From the NCBI GenBank assembly GCA_951406725.2, contig OX597820.1, positions 109,120,001 through 109,184,000 on the forward strand: a stretch of 64,000 nt of DNA, given 5' to 3'. Of the stretch, positions 52,823 to 64,000 are shown piece after piece; position 1 is the first letter of the stretch, and each line of letters opens with the position of its first letter. The notes below the pieces were generated by a model. It saw only the letters and a program-made list of their open reading frames with translations, had not been told where the DNA came from and did no database searches. Position numbers and translations under genes: made by a program. The DNA is from Octopus vulgaris. Taxonomy: Eukaryota.

Positions 52823-55427
52823 GAATCGCCTGGAGGGATGGGGGTAGCAGGGAACCATACCAAGTAGCCAAAAGGGAGGCCGGGCGGCAGGTATACATAG
52901 CCAAAGATATAGCAGAAAAGAAGAAGTTTGCCAATGTCCAGTGACGCGAGGACCAAAGAACTGAGGTATTTCGTATTGCTAGACAGTGTGTGAGAGAAAA
53001 TAGTGATATTACACGAGAGAAATGTGTCCGCATGGATGATGGGGCACTTGCTTTTAATGTTGGTGAAAAGAAAGAGGCTTGGAGAAGCCATTATGAAAGA
53101 CTGCTGAATGTGGAGAATGAATGGGAGGAGGAGAGCCTGCCAAATGTTGACCCAGTAGAGGGACCAGCTATCCAAATAGACAGCTCCCTTGTAGTTAAGG
53201 CAATTAAGGATATGAAACCAGATAAAGCCCCCGGCCCATCAGGTATCACTGCTGAGATGCTTAAAACAGCTGGTTATGTGGGCTATGGCCTAGTCACCCG
53301 TATTGTTAACCAGGTAGTTCATAATGTAGTCATACCCAATGACTGGCGTAGCAGCACCATAGTCAACTGCTACAAGGGTAAGGGTGATGCTCTAGATAGA
53401 AATAACTACAGGGGTATTAAACTATTGGATCAGGTGATGAAGGTCACAGAGAGGGTCATAACCCATCTCATTAGGGAGAGAATTTGCTTAGATGAGATGC
53501 AGTTCGGTTTTGTGCCGAGTAGAAGCACCACTGATGCTATATTCCTGGTCCGACAACTGCAGGAGAAGTACCTAGCTAATGATAAACCCCTCTACATAGC
53601 TTTTGTGGACTTGGAGAAAGCCTTTGACAGGGTTCCCCAATCCTTTATCTGGTGGTCGATGCGGAAACTGGAGATTGACGAATGGCTAATAAGGGCTGTA
53701 CAGGCTCTATACAGAGAGGCTGTCAGCAAGGTTAGGATTGGCAACGAATATAGTGAAGAATTCCGGGTAGAAGTAGGTGTACACCAGGGCTCAGCCCTCA
53801 GTCCCCTTTTATTCATCATAGTCCTCCAGGTAATAACAGAGGAATTCAAAACGGGTTGCCCCTGGGAGCTCCTCTATGCTCATGACCTGGCCCTCATAGC
53901 AGAATCACTACTGGAACTAAAAAAGAAATTTCGGGTGTGGAAACAAGGGTGAGAATCAAAGGGCCTTAGAGTAAATGTAGCGAAGACCAAAGTTATAGTA
54001 TGCAGAAAGGCGAACTCAGCACACACCCCATCGGGCAGGTGGCCCTGCTCGAGCTGTAGGAAAGGTGTAGGTAGAAACTCCATAAGATGCACCCAGTGTA
54101 AGCTATGGACGCATAAGAGGTGCAGCAACATCAAAGGGAAATTAACTGATAAGATAGCTTTCATGTGCGGCAGATGCACAGGGACAATAGACACCACAAA
54201 TACTCAGAAAACAGATTCCATCACACTCCAGGGGGATAAACTAGAAGTAGTTGATAGTTTCCGCTACCTGGGTGACCAAGTTAGTAGTGGGGGTGGATGC
54301 TCAGAGAGTGTCACCACTAGAATACGAATAGCCTGGGCAAAGTTTAGAAAGCTCCTACCCCTACTGGCGACAAAGGGTCTCTCACTCAGAGTGAAAGGTA
54401 GATTGTATGATGCATGTGTGCGAACTGCCATGCTTCACGGCAGTGAAACATGGGCCGTGACCGCAGAGGACATGCGTAGACTTGAAAGAAATGAAGCTAG
54501 CATGATCCGCTGGATGTGTAATGTCAGTGTGAATGCACGACAGAGTGTAAGCACCCTGAGAGAAATGCTAGGCATAAGAAGCATCAGATGCGGTGTGCAA
54601 GAGCGACGCTTGCGATGGTATGGTCATGTACTGCGGATGGATGAGGAGAGATGTGTGAAGAAGTGCCACTCCCGAACAGTTGAAGGAATCAGGGGAGAGG
54701 TAGACCCAGGAAGACATGGGATGAGGTAGTCAAGCATGACCTCAGAGCGTTGGGCCTCACTGAGGCAATGGCGAAGGACCGAGATCTCTGGAGATGTGCT
54801 GTGACTACTAAGACCCGGAATGCTTCCGGCACCAGTTCCGCATACCCCCTGCCCATTCAAAGTACCTTGGATCCCGGAACATCTCGCTGTGCTTGAGGAG
54901 ACCTGTTGAGTCAAGTGCATGTACATGAACATCGAACCAAATATCAATGGAAACAGTAGTTGTGATACCTGTGCCGGTGACACATAAAAAGCACCATCCG
55001 AACATGGCCGTTGCCAGTGCCGCCTCGACTGGCTTCTGTGCCGGTGGCACATAAAAAGCACCATCCAAACGTGGCCGATGCCAGCACCGCCTCGACTGGC
55101 TTCTGTGCCGGTGGCACATAAAAAGCACCATCCAAATGTGGCCAATGCCAGCACCGCCTCGACTGGCTTCTGTGCCGGTGGCACATAAAAATTCACCAAC
55201 CGATCGTGGCCGATGCCAGACCCCTCTGGCACCTGTGCAGCTGGCACGTAAAAAGCACCCACTACACTCGCGGAGTGGTTGGCATTAGGAAGGGCATCCA
55301 GCTGTAGAAACACTGCCAGATCAGACTGGAGCCTGGTGCAGCCCCTGGCTCCCCAGACCCCGGTCGAACCGTCCAACCCGTGCTAGCGCGGAAAACGTAC
55401 GTTAAATGATGATGATGATGATGATGA
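52823..55427 (+). mobile_element. Young 5'-truncated RTE LINE (inactive)
   Basis: ORFs 52990..53952 and 54163..54729 are highly similar to the 2168 ORF; in-frame stops; YADD reads YAHD; 67-bp 3' UTR repeats; (GAT)n tail. Confidence 0.95.
54970..55260 (+). repeat. 67-bp tandem repeat in the RTE 3' UTR
   Basis: Units start at 54970, 55037, 55104 and 55171 (TGTGCCGGTGGCACATAAAAAGCACCATCC...). Confidence 0.92.
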
Positions 55428-56765
55428 TCCTGGGATTGAAAATCTGCCCTTCATTTGGTTCTTGAACATCCAGCATTGGGATCTGACTTCTAGCAGGTAA
55501 AGCTTGGCTGATTCACACCATTTTGGTGGTGTTTGTCAAATGACATCAGAGATCAAGGGGGAGATAAATGACATTCGCTTCATTAAATTTACGTTGCGAT
55601 AAGAACTTTGGGACAAATTGGCCAACCGTTGGAATTGAATTTAGGACTGAAGCAATGGAATGATCTGTCCTTAATCCCTGATGAAACACCACAGGAGCAT
55701 ATAGTCATTATAGATGTATTATAGGTCCCTTTAGTTTTGGACCACAGGTCCAATTAGCCCTCCACAAGAGCTAGCTTAAAAGTCCACATGGAGTGCAGCT
55801 TTTAAGCTAGTAGATAATAAGAAGAGGGGGAAAAAGGTATTAAAAATTCTAGGCAGATATCAATAAAGCACTCAGTTTCAAAAAAATTTGGTTAACTATA
55901 TCCTACAATGAGATACTAATAAATGCAAGTAGAAAAGGTAATTTTTCATGTATGGCAAGTTGATCCAGATAACATTTGGAAGAAATTCATAGTATTAGAC
56001 AAAAAATATATGTATAGAGAAAATCACATCTTGTTGAATTCACCTTACAAAGCCAACAATTGTTTCTATTCTGATAAAATAGTTAGATATAGAAAATATC
56101 ATTGAAATGAATATTTCTGAAGATCCATGTTGACATGTTTTCAAGTCAATCCAAAATTAGTCAAATTCAAAGTGAACTAAGGAAATATTTCCAGTGCAAA
56201 TTTATGGCAACATTTCACTGTAAAATTCCCATTAAAATATAATAAAATTAATTTAGAAGTAATTATATAATACATTTCTTCAAGGTAGAAATCACGTGTA
56301 GAATTGCCAATATTGTACAGTGGTGCATAACTAATGATGGACCACTTCAAATGATACTTAAATCCTAAATGCATTTACTAAGATTTGTAGATAACTAATT
56401 GCTGTGATGTAAAATTTCTGTTTCTAATTGTCGTAATCTAGAATTCTTATGTTTATTTTGTATTCTTTCGTTATCTGTTGTCACCAAAAGTTGAATACAA
56501 AAATAGATTTTCTTAGATTATATTTCTTCTTAGTGTTCTTTTTGTATGTGTTTGTGTACTGGAAATATTTCCTTAGTTTACTTTGAATTTAGCTAATTTT
56601 AAATTGCCTTGAAAATGTTGTTAACATGTATTTTCAGAAATATTAATGTCAATGATATGTTCTATATCTAACTATTTTAATGTAATGGAAACAGTTGTAA
56701 GTTTTGTAAGGTGAATTCTGCAATTAAAGCTGTGATTTTCTCTATATGTATTTTTGTTATATATA

Positions 56766-57640
56766 TAGTTCTATTAATCTACTTTTAATCTTTCCCTATA
56801 TATATATATATATATATATATCCCATGCTAGCATGGAAAGCGGACACTAAACGATGGTAATGATGATGATGATATATATAGTTCTATTAATCTACTATTA
56901 AATCTAATAACCTTTCCTTTATATATATATATACATATATATATATAGGATCCAATCCAGGTGACAACGTAGGTGAATTGGGTACAAAAAATTCAGGGTA
57001 AATACTTGATAATTGTAAGCACCTGTATATGCCAGTTAGTGGTGTAGGTGATAGAGTATATTTATCAAAAGAAAAACATGATGCAAAGGATTTAGCGGTA
57101 CATATGTTTCTGGCTTTTATTAGACAGTTTGACGCTTTGGTTTTGTTTTGGTGCCTCGCTCTATTGTACATGACTATGAGGATTTGCATCCCAAACGTAA
57201 ATCGTCTTTTTCCCAAACTTATAATGTAATACATGTCCTTGGAGTAGTAATTGTGCGCGGCTGAAGAAAGCTATTGTCATACATATTACACCAATTATGC
57301 ATTGATATAAACTGTCTAATAAAAGCCAAAAACATATGTACCGCTAAATCCTTTGCGTCATGTTTTTCTTTTGATAAATATATATATATATGAAGATTAA
57401 TAGATTTAATAATAGATTAATAGAACTATATATATAGGGAAAGATTAATATATTTAATAATAGATTAATAGAACTATATATATATATATATATAGTTCTA
57501 TTAATCTATTATTAAATCTATTAATCTTTCCCTATATATATATATATAGTTCTATTAATCTATTATTAAATATATTAACCTTTCCCTATATTTATATATA
57601 TATAGTTCTATTAATATATTATTAAATCTATTATTCTTTG

Positions 57641-57643
<3 letters not shown>
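56766..57643. repeat. Seven copies of a ~38-bp unit in both orientations, plus a ~75-bp inverted repeat
   Basis: GTTCTATTAATCTATTATTAAATCTATTAATCTTTCCC separated by (TA)n; 57056-57130 inverted at 57309-57383. Confidence 0.85.
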
Positions 57644-57674
<31 letters not shown>

Positions 57675-57676
<2 letters not shown>

Positions 57677-58587
57677 ATTTTATTTTTTATTCTATTTTAT
57701 CTAGTTTCAGCTCACGAGCTGTGGCCATGCTGGGGCACCGCCATTTGGTGTTGCTACATGATTTTACTTCACGAATGCTTTTTAGCAATTGCCATTTGGT
57801 GCATGAGAGAGTTCGATGCAGCTGCCCTCATCTGCACCTCTTGCCGTGAAGTTGGTTCATCTGGGACACCTGACAGGAAGAGATCCAGTTTTATTTTAAA
57901 GACATCTGCATCCACCCCATGCAGGTCTCTGAGGTTCTTCGGGAGGATATTGAAGAGCTGTGGGCCTCTGAAGCCCAGGCTATCACAGTATCTTGTCCTA
58001 CATCTTGATGGCAAATTTGGAGTTCTTGGCACTATGTAGTGGCGCCCAGTTCTAGTATTTGTGTAACTCTCGATGCCAAAGTTTGGGACAAGTCCTTCTA
58101 GGATCTTCCAGATGTATATTATGGCATATCTTTCTCTTGAGTCTTTCCCAGTAGCTTATATGCTGCACAGAGGCTATCTTCTTCATGTAGCTTCGTTGGA
58201 TCGCCTCAAGTTCTGTGATTAACTTGACACTGGATGGTGACCATAGCTGAGAGCAATAGTCAAAGTGGCTTAGGACAAGTGTCCTCCAGAGGATCATCAT
58301 GGTGTCCTGGTCTCTTGTTCTAAAAGTTCTAAGAATCCATTCGGTCAGCCGCCAACATTTCATTGCCAATTTAGCAACATGCACATGAAAGGTTGCATGT
58401 AAATACCCAGGTCTCGCACTGATTGTGCATCTGGGATTGCAATCCCTCCAGGTCCAGTGTATTTATTGGGTATTGCATTTAGTTTTGCATGCTGATAGCA
58501 TAAAGCTTGAAACTTTTCAGCATTGAACTGTATGCACAAACAAGATTCTTGTTCAGCAGCTGCCCTTTCAATAACATGTTGGTGGTT
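57675..58587 (-). mobile_element. Internally deleted CR1-group LINE (same family as 7352-10826)
   Basis: ORFs 57769..58032 and 58052..58384. 58531-58587 matches 10475-10530 and is joined directly to RT C-terminal sequence matching about 8230. Confidence 0.88.
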
Positions 58588-58600
58588 TATATATATATGT

Positions 58601-58653
<53 letters not shown>

Positions 58654-58763
58654 TGTATGTATGTATGTATGTATGTATGTATATATATGTATGTATATAT
58701 GTATGTATATATATATGTATGTATATATGTATGTATGTATATATATGTATGTATATATGTATG

Positions 58764-58848
<85 letters not shown>

Positions 58849-59135
58849 GTATGTATATGTATGTATGTATATATGTATATATATATATGTATGTATGTAT
58901 ATATGTATAGGTATATATATGTATATATATGCATATGTATGTACATATATGTATGTATGTATATACATATAGGTATATATATGCATATGTATGTATATAT
59001 ATGTATATATATGCATATGTATGTACATATATGTATATATATGTATATATATGCATATGTATGTACATATATGTATATATATGTATATATATGTATGTAT
59101 ATATATGCATATATATGTATATATATGTATGTATA

Positions 59136-59172
<37 letters not shown>
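58588..59172. repeat. TATG/(TA)n microsatellite
   Basis: Simple repeat seen directly. Confidence 0.95.
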
Positions 59173-59175
<3 letters not shown>

Positions 59176-59710
59176 TAAGAAAGTTGGTTTGTGAAAGCAC
59201 GTGGGTGAATATATAAAAGATAGTAAAGAGTGAAAAAACGACAGAAGGCTTAAATGTTAAAAAATATATATATTTGCGTCAATATGTCTGAAGAATATTA
59301 GAAAATTTAAAAAAAAAAATTTTTTTTTCCTTTATAATGACATAATTTTTAAAGAAAGACCGGTTTCGCACTTAGCTTTTCAAATTTCTTGTGACGTTAT
59401 GTTTATGTTTAATAGAGTTATCCTTGTGTTTATGCTCCGGAGAGTTCTAAATAAGGGAAGGTAGTGGGTGATTTCTTCCGGTGTAAGGGAGATAATCGCT
59501 TAAAAATTTTTTTCGTTTTCCTTAATGTGAATTTCTCTGTATCAGTATGTTCGGATGGTTGAGTCTGGGCTTGTACTTTTCAGTGAAGAATGTTTCCTTG
59601 TTTAGTCTAATTTGTGTTGATGATCCGAAAGCACATTGGTAAAATGGAAAGATTAAAAATTGTGGTAGAAGTTGCTTTGCGCATTTCTCAATGTGCTCAC
59701 TAAAAGGTAT
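59173..59710 (-). mobile_element. Penelope-like 3' fragment (GIY-YIG C-terminus and UTR)
   Basis: IPFSEHIEKCA..PQFLIFPFYQC......IRLNKETFF.EKYKPRLN; degenerate hammerhead downstream. Confidence 0.75.
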
Positions 59711-59860
59711 CGAACTCTCTCATGCACCAAATGGCAATTGCTAAAAAGCATTCGTAAAGTAAAATCATGTAGCAACACCAAATGGTGGTGCCCTAGCATG
59801 GCCACAGCACGTGAGCTGAAACTAGATAAAATAAAATAAAATAAAAAATAAATAAAAATA
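59711..59860 (+). mobile_element. CR1-group 3' end with (TAAAA)n tail
   Basis: Reverse complement of 57675-57815. Confidence 0.82.
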
Positions 59861-59925
59861 TGTATGTATGTATATATATATGTATATATGTATATATATA
59901 CGTACATGTATATGTATATGTATAA

Positions 59926-59957
<32 letters not shown>

Positions 59958-60032
59958 TTATATATATGTTATATATATATATATATATTTATATATATGT
60001 ATATATATTTATATATATGTATATGTATATAT

Positions 60033-60074
<42 letters not shown>

Positions 60075-60075
60075 G

Positions 60076-60106
<31 letters not shown>

Positions 60107-60124
60107 ATATGTATATATATATAT

Positions 60125-60156
<32 letters not shown>

Positions 60157-60161
60157 ATATG

Positions 60162-60192
<31 letters not shown>

Positions 60193-60269
60193 GTATATGT
60201 ATATATATATATGTATGTATATATATATATGTATATATATATATATGTATATGTATATATATATATATG

Positions 60270-60300
<31 letters not shown>

Positions 60301-60455
60301 GTATATGTATATATATTATGTATATATATATATATATATGTGTAAGTATATATATATATGTGTAAATATATATATATATGTGTAAATATATATATATATG
60401 TATATATATATTTATATATATGTATATGTATATATATGTATATGTATATATATAT
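59861..60455. repeat. (TA)n-rich microsatellite
   Basis: Simple repeat seen directly. Confidence 0.95.
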
Positions 60456-60456
60456 A

Positions 60457-60848
60457 ATTGTGCCAAATTTTGGCATTGTAAGCTACACCAATGCTAGAAC
60501 GGGACGACACTGCATAGTGCCAAAGATCCCAGCAATGCCATCACGCTTCAGGACCAGCTTCTGCAACAGCCTAGGTTTCAAGGGCCCACAGCTTTTTAAT
60601 ATTCTCCCAAAGAGTCTGAGGAACTTGCACAAAGCAGATGTAGCGGTTTTTAAATCAAAGCTGGACATCTTCCTGTCAAGAGTCCCAGATGAACCTACCT
60701 CACGGCAAGAGGTGCAAATGAGAGTAGCTATATCAAACTCCATTCTTCACCAAGTGCCACATATTAGACGAGGTTTGTCGTAATAACAGTGTAGCACAAA
60801 ATGGCAGTGCATCAGCATGGCCGCAGCTCTGAGCTGAAACAAGAAAAA

Positions 60849-60850
<2 letters not shown>
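60457..60850 (+). mobile_element. CR1-group LINE 3' fragment
   Basis: VPNFGI..RTGRHC..CNSLGFKGPQLFNILP..FKSKLD.FL..VPDEP and conserved 3' hairpins. Confidence 0.88.
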
Positions 60851-60894
<44 letters not shown>

Positions 60895-60895
<1 letters not shown>

Positions 60896-62038
60896 CTAGA
60901 AGTAGTTGATAGCTTCCGTTAGCTAGGTGACCAAGTCAGTAGCGGGGGCGGGTGTGCTGAAAGTGTAACTGCTAGAGTAAGAATAGCCTGGGCAAAGTTC
61001 AGAGAGCTCTTACCTCTGCTGGTGACAAAAGGCCTCTGGCTCAGAATAAAAGGCAGACTGTATGACGCATATGTACGAACAGCCATGCTACATGGCAGTG
61101 AAACATGGGCCGTGACTGCTGAGGATATGCGTAAGCTCGCAAGAAATGAAGCCAGTATGCTCCGATGGATGTGTAATGTCAGTGTTCTTACCCGACAGAG
61201 TGTAAGTACCTTGAGAGAAAAGTTGGACCTAAGAAGCATCAGTTGTGGTGTGCAAGAGAGACGTCTACGCTAGTATGGACACGTGGTAAGAATGGATGAA
61301 GATAGTTGTGTGTAAAAGTTCCACACCCTAGCAGTTGAGGGAACCTGTGGAAGAGGTAGACCCAGGAAAACCTGGGATGAGGTTGTGAAACACGACCTTC
61401 GCTCTTTAGGTCTCACCAAGGAAATGACCAGAGACCGAAACCTTTGGAAGTATGCTGTGCGTGAGAAGGCCCGGCAGGACAAGTGAGGCCATAACCCGTG
61501 GACCCTACCTGGGACGTAGTCAGTCCACCTGTGCATACCTTCCTTCTTGGGACACATAACTCTACTTGTGAAGACCTGTTGAGGCAAGTGAAAATGAAAA
61601 TCGAAGAATCAAATCAAATCGAAATCGATCCACATCAATAGAATTTGTAGTTTGTGGTACCAATGCCGGTGGCACATAAGAGAACCCTCCGAACGTGGCC
61701 GTAGCCAGCACCACATCAACTGGCCTCCGTGCTGGTGGCGCGTAACAAACACCATCCGATTGTGGCCGTGCCAGCCCTGCCCTGCCTCCATGCCGGTGGC
61801 ACGTAAAAAACACCATCCGAGCGTGGCCGTTCGCCAGCCTCGTGTGGCACCTGTGTCGGTGGCACATAAAAAGCACACACCACACTCACGGAGTGTTTGG
61901 CATTAGGAAGGGCATCCAGCTATAGAAACACCGCCAGATCTGACTGACCTGGTACAGCCTTCGGGCTTCCCAGACCCCAGTTAAACCATCCAACCCATGC
62001 TAGTATGGAAAGCGGATGTTAAACGATGATGATGATGA
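60895..62038 (+). mobile_element. RTE LINE 3' fragment
   Basis: Coding part near-identical to the reverse complement of 2090-2760; UTR repeats; (GAT)n tail. Confidence 0.92.
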
Positions 62039-62061
62039 TATATGTATCTCAAAATATTATG

Positions 62062-62595
62062 AGAATTGAAGCTCCCCAAAGCTCAATCACAAAAAAGATA
62101 GATGGCATGTCAGACCTCGACTACTGGGGTAGGCTAGAAAAGCTGAAACTGTATTCACTCCAACGACGCCGTGAACGCTACATTATCTGTATGATGTGGA
62201 AAATATTCCATCAGCACTGTCCGAATGATGTTGGCATCACCTTTAAAATACATCCAAGGCTTGGACCACGTGCCATCCGTCCACAACAAAAATGTAAATC
62301 GCATCTCATAACAACAATACAGCACAATTATTTCACCTCAGTTGGATCCACTCTCTTCAACATTACACCAGGACATGTCAAAACAGAAACTGACCACACA
62401 AAATTCAAGTAGTCTTTGGACAAATTCCTTCAAACAGTTCCAGACAAACCACCCACACCCGGATATGTCTCCGCAAACAATAATTCTCTGCTCGAATGGA
62501 CCTTGGCTCCCAAATCCTGAATTGAAAGACTTCGCCAGGCAGTGCTATTAAGTTAGACATGGCCAGGGCCAATACTGGCCAAAACCTTTCTAAGT
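62062..62595 (+). mobile_element. CR1-group LINE 3' fragment of a divergent family
   Basis: IEAPQ.SITKKI.GM..LDYWGRLEKLKLYSLQRRRERYII..MWKI..; FK..LDKFL..VPD.P..PGY. Confidence 0.85.
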
Positions 62596-62694
62596 TATAT
62601 ATATGTATATATAGATATATATATATATATATGCATATATAGATGTATATATATATGCATATATATATATATATATGCATATAAATATATATAT

Positions 62695-62749
<55 letters not shown>

Positions 62750-63868
62750 GTTTATATATTTGTTGTGCAAGATTTTTTATGTGAAGTCGTGTGTTGAAAC
62801 AGATATTGTTATATTTCGGAATGGTTATTTTGCCAGTTTAGCCAATAAAAACACACGCACTATATATTTGGTGTTATTTTGCTTTAGTGTTATTTATTTT
62901 TTACATTAATCTTAATCTTATTTCGGCCAGAGTTCTTTCGTCAGACTCCTGTGACCGCATCAGTGGTCCTTTGTTTTCTTCTTTCTTATTTGTGTCTCTC
63001 CTTACTAACCGTCAGCCATTTTGTATTTCTATTGTATGTCTTCATTTACGCATGCTTATATCTCTAAGTGCGTCTATGTTTATTTAGTGTGTGTGTAGGG
63101 GGGGGCTCTAATATTTGTATCTTCTGTTTATATACGTTCATGTAATTTGTTGTTGTTTTTGTTTATTCTTATTTTGTTCCTGTGTTTACATCCACTTATT
63201 ATCATTACACATGCTTGTATGTATGTATGTATGTATAATAACAATACTAGTAATAATAATTATAAATTTTAAAAAATCTTTTTAATTAGATAAAAAAAAC
63301 AAAAAAACTTCTAGTTATTTATTTCTATTTGTTTATTTATCTGTGTATTTTATTTATTTATTATGTTTTCGGTTTTGTTTATATTGTAACCAGTTTATTG
63401 GGATCCTCTATCGTCATATGTTGTGATGTGTGCTAGTGTTCCATTCTAGTTTCCTATTCAGGCTAGGTTTATTTTCTATGTGTGTAGCTTCTGTAATTTG
63501 TCTGATTGTTGCATCTGTTCTATGTGTGGACAATATTTTAATTTCTATGTTGTTGATTGATCCCCCGTGTTCCTGTTTAGCGTGTTGGTGCAGAATCGAT
63601 GAGCTTTTACCTTTCTTGAGTTCTCTCCAATGGTCATTTACCTGCTCTCCTATGCTTGTTGCCGTTTCCCCTGCGTATGTCGTTGTCTTGTTACTGCATC
63701 GTCCCTCTATACATTTTATACTATAGACTACATTTCTGGCTTTACAGTTTGTTTGTGGGCTAAATCTACATACAGTACAGTACTTATCCATACAGGGGGT
63801 TTTACTAAAAGGATAGGTTCTACCAATTATAGATTTGATAGGCTTGCCTGGCTTTTCAACAACCTTGG
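62750..63868 (-). mobile_element. Penelope-like element, second copy (open GIY-YIG frame and 3' pLTR)
   Basis: ORF 63414..63938 (CMDKYCTVC..NVVYSIKC..YAGETA..NDH..HQHAKQEH..RQITEA..PSLN); homologous to 10857-12000. Confidence 0.9.
62925..62969 (-). ncRNA. Candidate variant hammerhead ribozyme (second copy)
   Basis: Minus strand: GGACCA CUGAUG-CG GUCA-caggaguc-UGAC GAAA GAAC UC UGGCC. Confidence 0.62.
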
Positions 63869-63887
63869 TATTTATGTATATATATAT

Positions 63888-63921
<34 letters not shown>

Positions 63922-63950
63922 ATATACATATATACCAAGGTTGTTGAAAA

Positions 63951-63990
<40 letters not shown>

Positions 63991-64000
63991 AAATGAGATA

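Larger units (their letters stand above)
52733..55810 (+). mobile_element. Non-autonomous Helitron-like element interrupted by the RTE at 52823-55427
   Basis: A|TCTATAATAATAAA start; 3' CCACATGGAGTGCAG (readable as a CpG-decayed CCGCAC-GGA-GTGCGG hairpin) followed by CTAG|T. Confidence 0.5.

Noticed and set aside
54970-55260. CRISPR-like regularly spaced repeats
   Set aside because: The spacers are themselves near-identical, the array lies in a eukaryotic LINE 3' UTR, and there are no cas genes
55675-55700. CTGATGA hammerhead-like core
   Set aside because: No properly placed stem II, GAAA or stem I partner

Overview
AT-rich, repeat-dominated animal genomic DNA. The repeat landscape suggests an octopus or other coleoid cephalopod (inference): (TA/TATG)n expansions, RTE and CR1-group LINEs, Penelope-like elements, and CORE- and Meta-type tRNA SINEs. 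The only host gene visible is a + strand fatty acyl-CoA reductase (FAR), with three phase-consistent coding exons (24996-25199, 36221-36396, 45123-45195). No further exon was found in the window. The rest is mobile DNA: many RTE copies (one with an uninterrupted ~940-codon EN-RT frame carrying a PHD finger inside the RT), CR1-group LINEs (one nearly full length with a CCCH zinc finger), several Penelope-like GIY-YIG elements, Gypsy, pogo, Tc1/mariner and Helitron remnants, and SINEs. The most interesting signals are RNA-structural and mechanistic: (i) several minimal or variant hammerhead ribozyme candidates; (ii) a covarying two-hairpin 3' terminal signal shared by several CR1-group LINE families and a SINE; (iii) a tandem array of candidate compact pseudoknots in the RTE 3' UTR; (iv) repeated local fold-back or templated inverted duplications. 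All calls were made by eye; no searches or folding computations were run.
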